A stretch of DNA of 64,000 bases from positions 5,689 to 69,688 of the forward strand of contig JARGFJ010000002.1 in assembly GCA_029210875.1 (NCBI GenBank). The letters run 5' to 3'. The position numbers and the translations under genes are program-made. The notes under the pieces are model-generated. The model did not search any database, was not told the DNA's origin, and saw only the letters and a list, made by a program, of their open reading frames with translations. This stretch comes from Gammaproteobacteria bacterium (GTDB lineage Bacteria; Pseudomonadota; Gammaproteobacteria; Nitrosococcales; Methylophagaceae). Position 1 is the first letter of the stretch; every line of letters starts with the position of its first letter. Positions 1-8,476 of the stretch are shown in pieces.

Positions 1-5
1 TGCCT

Positions 6-977
6 GTGACATCTGAATTTTCCCTCATCAAGCAGTTCTTCTCGCAACTGACATCGCAACGAGACGATGTCATTCTAGGCATAGGTGATGATTGTGCATT
101 GTTGCAGTGCCCTGCCGATCAGGTTATTGCCGTTTCAATCGATACCTTGGTTGAGGGGATCCATTTCTTTGCTGATGTTGAGCCGGTTAAATTGGGACAT
201 AAAAGCCTGGCGGTAGGATTAAGTGACTTAGCTGCCATGGGTGCAACCCCTGCGTGGTTTACCTTGGCACTGACCTTACCTGAAGTGGATCACGCTTGGC
301 TAAAAGGATTTTCTAAAGGTTTAGCTAAGTTAGCGACTGAACATAACATCCAATTAGTGGGTGGTGATACCACACGAGGCCCATTATGTATCAGTATTCA
401 AGTGCATGGATTTGTCAAACCAGACCAAGCCTTGCAGCGGGATGGCGCTAAAATTGGTGATTTGATTTATGTGACGGGCACTTTAGGTGATGCCGGTGCA
501 GCGTTACAGTATCAATCAAAGCAGTGGCATAATGCCAAGTTGACAGCTCCGGATAGAAACTATTTACAACAACGACTGGAAACGCCCACACCTAGAGTTG
601 CGATCGGTCAGAAATTGTTGGGTATTGCATCGTCAGCCATTGATGTGTCAGATGGTTTGTTAGCTGATTTGGGTCATATTCTGGAACGAAGCAACGTCGG
701 TGCACGACTTGATTTAGCTAAATTGCCCTTGTCTTGCGTGTTATCAGAAATCGATAGAGAAACAGCACAGCAGTTTGCATTACATTCTGGCGATGATTAC
801 GAATTATGTTTTACTGTGGCTCCACACGATAGTGCTGACATCGAACAGGATTTAGCAGGATTATGTACATGCATCGGTACGATTACCAATGACAATGGAA
901 TCTATTTTATTAACCACCAAAATCAATTAACCCAATTAACTGGAACAGGTTATGACCACTTCTCCGCCAATCGTTAA
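6..977 (+). CDS. thiL: thiamine-monophosphate kinase
   Basis: 323-aa ORF with a GTG start. ThiL/AIR-synthase-like motifs 'GIGDDCALL' and 'VGGDTTRGP'. Followed by pgpA, as in many bacteria. Confidence 0.85.
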   Translation: MTSEFSLIKQFFSQLTSQRDDVILGIGDDCALLQCPADQVIAVSIDTLVEGIHFFADVEPVKLGHKSLAVGLSDLAAMGATPAWFTLALTLPEVDHAWLKGFSKGLAKLATEHNIQLVGGDTTRGPLCISIQVHGFVKPDQALQRDGAKIGDLIYVTGTLGDAGAALQYQSKQWHNAKLTAPDRNYLQQRLETPTPRVAIGQKLLGIASSAIDVSDGLLADLGHILERSNVGARLDLAKLPLSCVLSEIDRETAQQFALHSGDDYELCFTVAPHDSADIEQDLAGLCTCIGTITNDNGIYFINHQNQLTQLTGTGYDHFSANR

Positions 978-1437
978 TTTCCGTGAATTATTAAAAAGGC
1001 CAGTCTGTTTGCTTGGCCTGGGGTTTGGTTCGGGCCTGGCACCCAGGGCGCCAGGGACGTTTGGTACTTTAGCCGCTTTGCCTATTTATTGGTTAATGCA
1101 AGATTTACCATTAACTATTTATTTGGCCATAACCCTAATCGCATTCATTGTGGGTATTTGGATCTGTCAAAAATCGGCGGAGTGGCTAGGTTCAGACGAT
1201 CCTTCGGCGGTAGTATGGGATGAGATTGTAGGTTATCTGGTCGCGATGACAGCTGCTCCATCGGGCTGGCAATGGATAATTGTCGGTTTTGTGTTATTTC
1301 GATTATTTGATATATGGAAACCATGGCCAATCAGCTGGTTTGATAACAACCTGCATGGCGGCTTAGGGATTATGGTTGATGATGTGGTGGCGGGAGTATT
1401 TGCCTGGTTAGCATTACAGTTCCTTGTGTGGGTTTAA
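952..1437 (+). CDS. pgpA: phosphatidylglycerophosphatase A
   Basis: 161-aa ORF with PgpA-type motifs 'GTFGTLAALP', 'WDEIVGY' and 'FRLFDIWKPWPI'. Overlaps the thiL 3' end by 26 nt. Confidence 0.85.
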   Translation: MTTSPPIVNFRELLKRPVCLLGLGFGSGLAPRAPGTFGTLAALPIYWLMQDLPLTIYLAITLIAFIVGIWICQKSAEWLGSDDPSAVVWDEIVGYLVAMTAAPSGWQWIIVGFVLFRLFDIWKPWPISWFDNNLHGGLGIMVDDVVAGVFAWLALQFLVWV

Positions 1438-1655
1438 TCTGACCAATTCTCAATCTTTAGTTTCTTGACTCGACTAAATTCATCAAAGTTTGCTGTAACT
1501 AATGTTGCATTGAGAGCAAGACAATGCGCAGCGATTAACAGAGCATTAGCACCAATAATTTGTTCTTGTTGTTCTAACGTGGTTTTTATCATTCTGTAAG
1601 TGCCTGTATCAGTATGTTGATATATGTCAACTCTTGCATCAAAATGAAAACTAAG
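1434..1655 (-). pseudogene. PIN-domain (VapC-like) toxin, 3' remnant lacking the N-terminal ~45 aa
   Basis: The C-terminal sequence 'IGANALLIAAHCLALNATLVTANFDEFSRVKKLKIENW' is the typical C-terminal half of VapC. No N-terminal catalytic Asp region and no antitoxin ORF are present. The upstream part is occupied by the start of the pilin gene. Confidence 0.55.
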
Positions 1656-1676
1656 GCATTGTTTAAGCGAGTTTAA

Positions 1677-2251
1677 TTGAAAAAGGATTTTCAATATGCG
1701 TGTGCACAAGGACTAACTTTGATCGAATTGCTGATCGTCATTGCAATCATTTCAATTCTTGCTTCATTAGCCGCTCTTTCATTTATGCGCTGATACGCAA
1801 GCAACAGGTTAATGGTGAAGCAAACGTGCTGTTTTCACTTGTTCACCTTGCGCGAACTGAGGCCATTAAACGAAACAGTGTTGTTACCATCTGCAAAAGT
1901 AATGATGCTAATCAATGTGGCGGTAACTGGTCAGACGGTTGGATAGTATTTCAGGATAATAATAAAGACGGTAGTCGCGATGCCGGCGAAACGTTAATTT
2001 CTTCTGGGACAATAGGTTATGGCTATCAACTAAGTTGGACAGCTTTTGGTTCTAACAATTATATTCGGTTTACACCGCAAGGCTTAACCTTGTCACAAAA
2101 TGGTTCGTTTAAACTTTGCCCTGGCGATGGTGATGCACGATATGCACGAGCGGTAATAATTAGTAAAACCGCTCGAGTGCGGCTACCTAAAGATACCAAT
2201 GGTGATGGTATTTATGAGGATGCTGGTGGTAGTAATTTAATGTGTAGTTAA
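1677..2251 (+). pseudogene. FimT/GspH-family minor pilin, apparently frameshifted
   Basis: The prepilin leader and N-terminal helix 'KKDFQYACAQG|LTLIELLIVIAIISILASLAALSF' is read from TTG 1677 and hits TGA at 1791-1793. The globular part 'ALIRKQQVNGEANVLFSLVHLARTEAIKRN...' continues in another frame (ORF 1700..2251). It aligns colinearly with the paralog at 2886, which implies a 1-nt indel near 1777-1790. Confidence 0.6.
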
Positions 2252-2713
2252 TTATCTTCCCCAGCAACTTTCTGGGTTAGCGGATAGAGTTCCACTAACG
2301 GACTGAACGTTATCGGCATTAATTATAAAATTAGCACATTCAGTGTCATTTGCCAGCTGAGTACCTGTTGGTGTTGCTGTTGCAGTATATGTTGTTGCTG
2401 ATGTTCCCGATAGCGAAAGAGTATATATATCATCTGGCGAAGTAGTTGGATGGATGATTTGGTTGTCTGGGCAATAGTCATCAGGGTCGGCAGGTGCTGT
2501 TGCTCGGAATCCAGAAGCGTAAACAGGGCAATTAGCTCTGTGCTTTTCTTGAGCCAGCTGTACGGAGAGAAGTCCAGCCTTGGCATCCGCTCTTTTTGCT
2601 CTTTTCACATAGTCTTGATAAGCAGGTAAGGCAATAGCTGCCAAAATACCAATCACAGCGATCACAATCATTAATTCAGTAAGTGTAAAACCGTTGATAG
2701 TTTTATTTTTCAT
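2252..2713 (-). CDS. pilE: type IV pilin, PilE-like
   Basis: 'MKNKTING|[28 protein letters not shown]' is a class III signal peptide plus a conserved pilin helix. GGAGG-like RBS (GAGGT) upstream of the ATG at 2713. The longer ORF start at 2767 is rejected. Confidence 0.75.
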   Translation of the reverse strand: MKNKTINGFTLTELMIVIAVIGILAAIALPAYQDYVKRAKRADAKAGLLSVQLAQEKHRANCPVYASGFRATAPADPDDYCPDNQIIHPTTSPDDIYTLSLSGTSATTYTATATPTGTQLANDTECANFIINADNVQSVSGTLSANPESCWGR

Positions 2714-2885
2714 AACCGAACCTCTGACAGAAATATTTATGCTAAAACCATAAACCAAATTGGTCAATACGTCATCAAATATATGTGTTGTAGATCACAA
2801 AAAATACTGAAGGTGTATTATATTGATATAAAAACAAGTGTATTAGAGCATATACTTCAAGTGTGTAGATAATGGTGGTATAGCG

Positions 2886-3323
2886 ATGATAGTAAGACAG
2901 AAAGGTTTTACGTTAATGGAATTGATGATTGTAATAGCAATCATTGCAATTTTAGCGGCTTTAGCGTTACCGTCATTCCAATCCATAATAGAAAAAAGAC
3001 GATTAGCAGGTGCAGCTGAAAATTTGTTTGCTGATTTACAATATGCCCGTTCAGAGGCGATTAAGCGCAATTCAACTATAGAGCTAGATGTAACGACAGG
3101 GGCAAACTGGTCCTATCAAGTTGATGATGGTTCTGGTGGTGTTTTGAAAACAGCAAGTGCTTCAGAATACATCGGCATCGAGATGGTTACGGGTAATGAT
3201 ATTGAGTTCGATCCCCGTCAGGGCATGCCCGACGCTACGCAAACATATACTTTTAGAATTGGACCTGCGGGTACAATTAAAACGGTAGCTGTAAATGCTA
3301 TTGGTCGGATTGAGATGGATTAG
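2886..3323 (+). CDS. fimT: type IV pilus minor pilin, FimT/FimU (GspH) family
   Basis: 'MIVRQKG|FTLMELMIVIAIIAILAALALPSF...ARSEAIKRN' is the FimT/GspH signature. First gene of the minor-pilin operon. Confidence 0.75.
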   Translation: MIVRQKGFTLMELMIVIAIIAILAALALPSFQSIIEKRRLAGAAENLFADLQYARSEAIKRNSTIELDVTTGANWSYQVDDGSGGVLKTASASEYIGIEMVTGNDIEFDPRQGMPDATQTYTFRIGPAGTIKTVAVNAIGRIEMD

Positions 3324-3324
3324 T

Positions 3325-3930
3325 ATGATGCATATACAAAAAAAGCAAAACGGTATAACGCTTATTGAATTAATGATTGCTATTTTAGTCGGCTTGATTG
3401 TTATGGCTGCAACAATTGGCATTTTTGTCACGACGATAAAATCTAACAGTGATACCTTGAAAATGATCCGACTTAATCAAGAACTCCAAGCTGTTATGAC
3501 CCTAATAACCAGGGATATCAGAAGAGTAGGTTATTGGGGTGATAATATATCAGGAACAATTAATCCCTTTACGGCGGCATCAATCGCGTCAGGTGCGGTT
3601 AATACCCTATCTTTTGGATACGATGCCGATAACTACGGTGTTGATGATGGACAATCAGAAAATTTTGGTTTCCGCTTGAATGGAAGCCAGGTTGATATGT
3701 TAGATGTGGCTGATAATTGGCAGCCACTGACAGATCCGACAGTGGTTAAAATAACTGGATTAACATTTGATGTAGCTATCTGGTGCCCAGCTAATCCATC
3801 TTGTGCGGCTCCAGTTAAAACAGAGCTTAGAACGGTCAATATTGTTTTAACAGGAGAGTTATCTACTGATGCTACTGTATCTAGAACTTTAAAAGAAACA
3901 ATCCGTATTCGCAATGACGTAGTTTATTGA
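3325..3930 (+). CDS. pilW: type IV pilus assembly protein PilW
   Basis: 'MMHIQKKQNG|ITLIELMIAILVGLIVMAATIGIF...LQAVMTLITRDIRRVGYWG' is a typical PilW N-terminus. The ATG at 3325 directly follows the fimT stop. Confidence 0.75.
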   Translation: MMHIQKKQNGITLIELMIAILVGLIVMAATIGIFVTTIKSNSDTLKMIRLNQELQAVMTLITRDIRRVGYWGDNISGTINPFTAASIASGAVNTLSFGYDADNYGVDDGQSENFGFRLNGSQVDMLDVADNWQPLTDPTVVKITGLTFDVAIWCPANPSCAAPVKTELRTVNIVLTGELSTDATVSRTLKETIRIRNDVVY

Positions 3931-3944
3931 GTAGGAAATGGTCT

Positions 3945-5270
3945 ATGAACATGCAATCTAAATTTCAAAAAGGGGCCGCGACATTAGTCATTGCCATAGT
4001 GTTGCTGTTTACACTAACGCTGGTGACAATTTATGCGGCTAGAGTCGGCGTGCAAGATCAAAAGATTTCAGGCAATGATTATAGGGCTAAAACAGCTTTT
4101 GCTGCCGCGCAAGCTGGTTTGGACTATGGTGAGGCATTTATTCAGGCAGAAGCAGATGCAGGTACTTTTTTAAGTGCCATGACGATATGTCCTGATTTGA
4201 TTACGTTTCCATGTAATTATGCAACGACTGCGACAGCATCAGATTGGCAATACAATGATTTAAATGGTGTTGGACTTCATACTCTCGCTTCAGGCGAAAC
4301 ATTTGATGCTGGCTATCTTCTTTCTCCAGACAATTTTATAACGATTATAGGTATTGGTAACTCTGACGATGGTACAGGTAATGCAGTATTAAGAGAGCAG
4401 ATCTCAGTTCGTAGTGTGTTGAATTCAGGTCCCGTTCCACCAGTTATGGCTGTTGGCGTAACAGCTGGTGGTACATTTACAGTTATTGGTAATCCAAATG
4501 TAAAAACTGATTCAGTTTTTGAAGATGCTAATGGAAACAGCCAATCATCCCAATTGTTTTCAACATGGAGTGAGGCTCCTCAGAATCTGGGCGGCTCATT
4601 ACAAACTTGTTATGGTGGCAATTTTGTAGATAACGCGGGCACAAAATGCATCGGGCCAACAGTTCCGGATGAGTTTGGAAATTTACCTACATGGAATCAG
4701 TGTGCTTGTACTAATGTGTATAGCTCTACCAATGTTGGTGGGACAGTACAGGAAGATGTGGTTGAAAGTCCAGGAAATGATGCCTTTGATGATACGTTTG
4801 ACTATGTTTTTGCGATGAGCCGTCAAGAACTAAAGTCGTTGGCAACTATAGTGCCGAATTGTGATGCATTGGATGAAAATTCAGGAGAAATGACAGCTAA
4901 CGAATCAAATATTTATTGGGTAACGGGCGATTGTCAGAAAAACGGTGGTGAAATAGGATCATTAAATGATCCTGTTATTGTCATTGTTGTCGGTGATATG
5001 AATTTTCAAGGTCAGGCCCATGTATGGGGGATAATGATGGGTATCGATTCCAGTGAACAGCCACCCACAATTTCATCATGTGCAAATCAAACAAATATTC
5101 AAGTCGTGGGCGGATTTAGTATGCATGGGGCACTTATCTCTGATTGTGCATTGAATTTAGGTGCAGGAACCTTTAACGCTATGTATAACGAAGATGTATT
5201 TAAAAACTTAACAAGTAGCACGAATTCGAGCTTTTTAAGTCGCAATGTTGGCTCATGGAGGGATTTCTGA
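3945..5270 (+). CDS. pilX: PilX-like minor pilin, enlarged (~441 aa)
   Basis: The N-terminus 'QKGAATLVIAIVLLFTLTLVTIYAARVGVQDQKISGNDYRAKTAFAAAQAGLDYG' matches the PilX N-terminal domain pattern. AGGA RBS before the ATG at 3945; the ORF track starts at TTG 3927. The rest is Cys-rich (10 Cys) and unrecognised. Confidence 0.6.
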   Translation: MNMQSKFQKGAATLVIAIVLLFTLTLVTIYAARVGVQDQKISGNDYRAKTAFAAAQAGLDYGEAFIQAEADAGTFLSAMTICPDLITFPCNYATTATASDWQYNDLNGVGLHTLASGETFDAGYLLSPDNFITIIGIGNSDDGTGNAVLREQISVRSVLNSGPVPPVMAVGVTAGGTFTVIGNPNVKTDSVFEDANGNSQSSQLFSTWSEAPQNLGGSLQTCYGGNFVDNAGTKCIGPTVPDEFGNLPTWNQCACTNVYSSTNVGGTVQEDVVESPGNDAFDDTFDYVFAMSRQELKSLATIVPNCDALDENSGEMTANESNIYWVTGDCQKNGGEIGSLNDPVIVIVVGDMNFQGQAHVWGIMMGIDSSEQPPTISSCANQTNIQVVGGFSMHGALISDCALNLGAGTFNAMYNEDVFKNLTSSTNSSFLSRNVGSWRDF

Positions 5271-7234
5271 TGAAAACTATTACTAGAAATAACACTCATG
5301 GGTTTACTTTAATTGAAGTCATGGTCGCTGTCGTCATATTAGCGATTGGGTTGCTAGGCTTAGCAAAATTTCAAACTGAATTGACAAAAAGTGCCTCCGC
5401 TACAAAAGATCGTGCTGCTGCTTTAGCTTTAGCAGAACAGAAAATTGAAGATTTAAGAAGCTTCGCTCGGGTAAGTGCACCGAAGGATGGTAGCGGCAAT
5501 GATATTCTTTGGGATAGTACAACTAATCAAACTAACTCAGTTGTGATGGCTTTTGATTATATTGCTGACAACCAAGGTGGCCGACTAGATCCTTTGGCTC
5601 AATCTGAATATGTTACTGGTTCTGGTGAACAACTGACGTTAACTTGGACATTACAAGCCGCCCCTATTGTGGGAGCAAAAGAAGTCTTAGTTACTGTTGC
5701 TTGGACAGATCAAAAAGGTCAGCCACAGCGAGTTCAACTAACAGAAATTATTAGTGCCACCGATCCAGGCATTTCATCACCGGTAGATGGGGAAACAGGA
5801 CTAACATTTGATGCGCCATCGATCGTTTACAATCCAGGTATAGCACCAGAAGTTATAAATATAGACGTGGATACCGGAGATGGTCTTAAAAAAGAAACAA
5901 GTAAACCGTTACCTGATGTGTTTCATAACGGCGATTATAATAAAGTTACGTTCGATGTTGTGACGTATAACAGTAATAATAACAACTCAGTTGTAAGGCG
6001 AGAAACGTTTATCAATGTCAATTGTTTATGTACTGCAGGATCTGGAGATTCATTTACGCCTGCATACACCGTATTTGAAAACGATATTCAAACAATTCAT
6101 GACGTTGAAGGTTTTGTGGTTTCAAAAAATACAGGTGTAGTAGTGAATAATCAGCAACCAGCAGAATGTGTTGTCTGTTGTCGTGACCGTACTGATCCTG
6201 CTACATTGCCTACCGATGGGGCTGGTGCATCTATTTCATATGGGGATAATCACTATACTGGCTCGGGAAATTATGCTGAAGCGTGTCGGTTGAAATATAT
6301 AAATGGAAATTTACGCGTATTCCAGGATTGGAATTTGAAAACGGTGACTGTATTTTCAGATAGTTATGTATCAGATTCATCACCAACAAGCCAACAAGCC
6401 TATAAAGACTATGTTGTTGCTTTCGCAAAGAATAATAATACGACTAAAGCAACCTTAACGGATAGAGATATCACAGTAACTCAAGGTGGTAACAATCAAT
6501 TACAGGCTAGACCTATTTATATTGATACTGTGTTCAATGCGACCAATAATGCGCCGACATATGTCGATTTTATTGCGTCAAAAATTGCGAATGGATCTGA
6601 CGATACCCTGCAATTTATTCCATTCTTTGAAATTAACTTGACTAAACTTGCGAATTGGACTGCTAGTGATTGCACCAGTCCTGCTACAGGCGCAGCAAAT
6701 GGTGCTTGTGTTACTAATGAAGACATAGTGGACGAGGGCCCTACAGAGAACAATTATAGTAGAGGGCTTGTAACCGCGGCAGCCGCAACTGCTTCTGGAG
6801 CTACCTCAACAATAACCGCTAGCTTGAATCAAGGTAACTCTGGCGTTATTGGTGAAGCTACTGTTGGTGCACCAATCTCTGATAGTTTGGTTGCAACAGT
6901 CAGTCCAGCTATAGCAACCTTTGATGTATCCGGCCAAATTGGGTTATGTAGCATTACTGGAGCGGATAAAAATGCTAGAAAAGCGGCTTTATTAAGTGCT
7001 GTTGCTGGAACAGGAGTAGTGACTTACTCAGGCTCGAGTAATGGAATTTGTGTGGTAACGGGTAACGGTGCTAATAGTCGGACTTTGACGTGTAGCGGTA
7101 TACCTGACCCAGGGACAGCAAATATTACCGTTAATATTGCGACAACTGGCGTTATTGTTTCAGCTGCACTGTCCAATAATTCAAATATTACAGGACCTGT
7201 TACAAATGTGGATGCAGTAATTTGTGATGAATAA
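5270..7234 (+). CDS. PilV-like minor pilin with a ~480-aa C-terminal extension (654 aa)
   Basis: 'MKTITRNNTHG|FTLIEVMVAVVILAIGLLGLAKFQ' is the PilV signature, and a PilV-sized domain ends near 'VTVAWTDQKGQPQRVQLTEII'. An unrecognised extension with 12 Cys follows. GGAGGG RBS; the ATG shares 1 nt with the pilX TGA. Confidence 0.6.
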   Translation: MKTITRNNTHGFTLIEVMVAVVILAIGLLGLAKFQTELTKSASATKDRAAALALAEQKIEDLRSFARVSAPKDGSGNDILWDSTTNQTNSVVMAFDYIADNQGGRLDPLAQSEYVTGSGEQLTLTWTLQAAPIVGAKEVLVTVAWTDQKGQPQRVQLTEIISATDPGISSPVDGETGLTFDAPSIVYNPGIAPEVINIDVDTGDGLKKETSKPLPDVFHNGDYNKVTFDVVTYNSNNNNSVVRRETFINVNCLCTAGSGDSFTPAYTVFENDIQTIHDVEGFVVSKNTGVVVNNQQPAECVVCCRDRTDPATLPTDGAGASISYGDNHYTGSGNYAEACRLKYINGNLRVFQDWNLKTVTVFSDSYVSDSSPTSQQAYKDYVVAFAKNNNTTKATLTDRDITVTQGGNNQLQARPIYIDTVFNATNNAPTYVDFIASKIANGSDDTLQFIPFFEINLTKLANWTASDCTSPATGAANGACVTNEDIVDEGPTENNYSRGLVTAAAATASGATSTITASLNQGNSGVIGEATVGAPISDSLVATVSPAIATFDVSGQIGLCSITGADKNARKAALLSAVAGTGVVTYSGSSNGICVVTGNGANSRTLTCSGIPDPGTANITVNIATTGVIVSAALSNNSNITGPVTNVDAVICDE

Positions 7235-7279
7235 TAAATCGCATTTGTTGCGAGAGCTGAATTCGATGGATTTTATCTT

Positions 7280-7315
7280 GCCTTCCTCTCGTGCTGGAGA
7301 GGAAGGCACTTTTTC
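7280..7315. terminator. rho-independent terminator between convergent genes
   Basis: Perfect 11-bp stem GCCTTCCTCTC / GAGAGGAAGGC with a 6-nt loop, followed by ACTTTTT. Confidence 0.65.
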
Positions 7316-7330
7316 GAGTGTTAGTGTGTT

Positions 7331-8254
7331 CTAGCTAAAAGACTGTTCAAATCTATCAGCAAAGTCTTCAGCAGTAAAACTATGATTCTGCGTACCATGC
7401 TGCTCGATTTTAATTGCACCTAATAATGATGCAATACGTCCTGTTTCTTCCCAGTCTTTATCATGCAAAATACCGTGCATTAAACCTGCACGATACGCAT
7501 CACCACAGCCAGTAGGGTCTGCTAGTTTTTCAGCTTTAGCACAGGGAATGTCAATGCGTTTGCCCTCGGTATAAATATGTGAACCTTTGGCACCGCGAGT
7601 GATAATCAGAGCTTCAACATAGTGTGCAATTTCGTTTGGTGATAAGCCTGTACGGTCTTGGAAGAGCTGCGCTTCATAATCATTTAGGGCAATATACGTT
7701 GCCTGTTCAGCAAATTTGATCAAATCATTACCGTCAAACATCGGTAAACCTTGACCAGGATCGAAGATGAAAGGAGTGCCCGCTTCATGCAATTGTTGAG
7801 CATGTTGAACCATGCCATCTCGACCATCCGGTGCAACAATAGCAAGTTTAATATCCTTTGCTTCATTGATATGCGTTTCATGGGCTAAATTCATTGCGCC
7901 CGGATGAAATGCGGTGATTTGATTATCGTCCATATCGGTAGTAATAAAAGCTTGTGCGGTGTAATTAGCTGGTTTGACATGGACATGACGACGGTTAATT
8001 TGCTGTTTATCCATCCATGTTGCATAGCTTGTGAAATCACTGCCTACTGTACCCATTGGAATTGGCTCATCACCTAATAATTTCAGGTTGTAGGCGATAT
8101 TGCCTGCACAACCACCAAACTCACGACGTAGTTCAGGCACTAAAAATGCCACATTAAGCATGTGTACTTTGTCTGGCAGAATATGATTTTTAAATTGGTC
8201 TGGAAACACCATGATGGTGTCATAGGCAAAAGAGCCACAAATGAGTGCTGACAT
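7331..8254 (-). CDS. PfkB-family carbohydrate/nucleoside kinase (adenosine-kinase-like)
   Basis: 'FGGCAGNIAYNL' and the C-terminal 'DPTGCGDAYRAGL' are PfkB signatures. AAGGAG RBS before the ATG at 8254. The upstream extension of the ORF is rejected. Confidence 0.8.
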   Translation of the reverse strand: MSALICGSFAYDTIMVFPDQFKNHILPDKVHMLNVAFLVPELRREFGGCAGNIAYNLKLLGDEPIPMGTVGSDFTSYATWMDKQQINRRHVHVKPANYTAQAFITTDMDDNQITAFHPGAMNLAHETHINEAKDIKLAIVAPDGRDGMVQHAQQLHEAGTPFIFDPGQGLPMFDGNDLIKFAEQATYIALNDYEAQLFQDRTGLSPNEIAHYVEALIITRGAKGSHIYTEGKRIDIPCAKAEKLADPTGCGDAYRAGLMHGILHDKDWEETGRIASLLGAIKIEQHGTQNHSFTAEDFADRFEQSFS

Positions 8255-8371
8255 GAATTCTCCTTGGATTTCGTTGTAGGCTGGTATTTTACTCTGATAA
8301 AGATACACGACAGGGATTTATTCTACTATTGTGTTGGGCTAAAACCCAATCCTCAAGGCTCTTAACCGTGA

Positions 8372-8389
8372 GTTGGAATGTATTCCAAC
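8372..8389. repeat. palindrome GTTGGAAT-GT-ATTCCAAC (8-bp arms)
   Basis: Read directly in the rnd/kinase spacer. It is flanked by two weaker REP-like hairpins: TTGGG-N6-CCCAA at 8334-8349, and GTCGGGTTAAAACTCGCCCTACGAC near 8420-8444. Confidence 0.5.
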
Positions 8390-8476
8390 ATTCTGTCCTT
8401 TGGTATTTGTTCTGGCTTTGTCGGGTTAAAACTCGCCCTACGACGATGTGACTTTCTGATTGTTGCTTGGTTATAG

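Noticed and set aside
2714-2767. Longer start for pilE (MTNLVYGF...)
   Set aside because: A class III signal peptide must be short and N-terminal. The ATG at 2713 gives MKNKTING|FTL and has a good RBS.
2714-2885. Sigma54 (GG-N10-GC) promoter for pilE in the divergent pilE/fimT spacer
   Set aside because: The TGG...GC candidates have the wrong spacing (5 or 12 nt), so no TGGCAC-N5-TTGC-like element is present.
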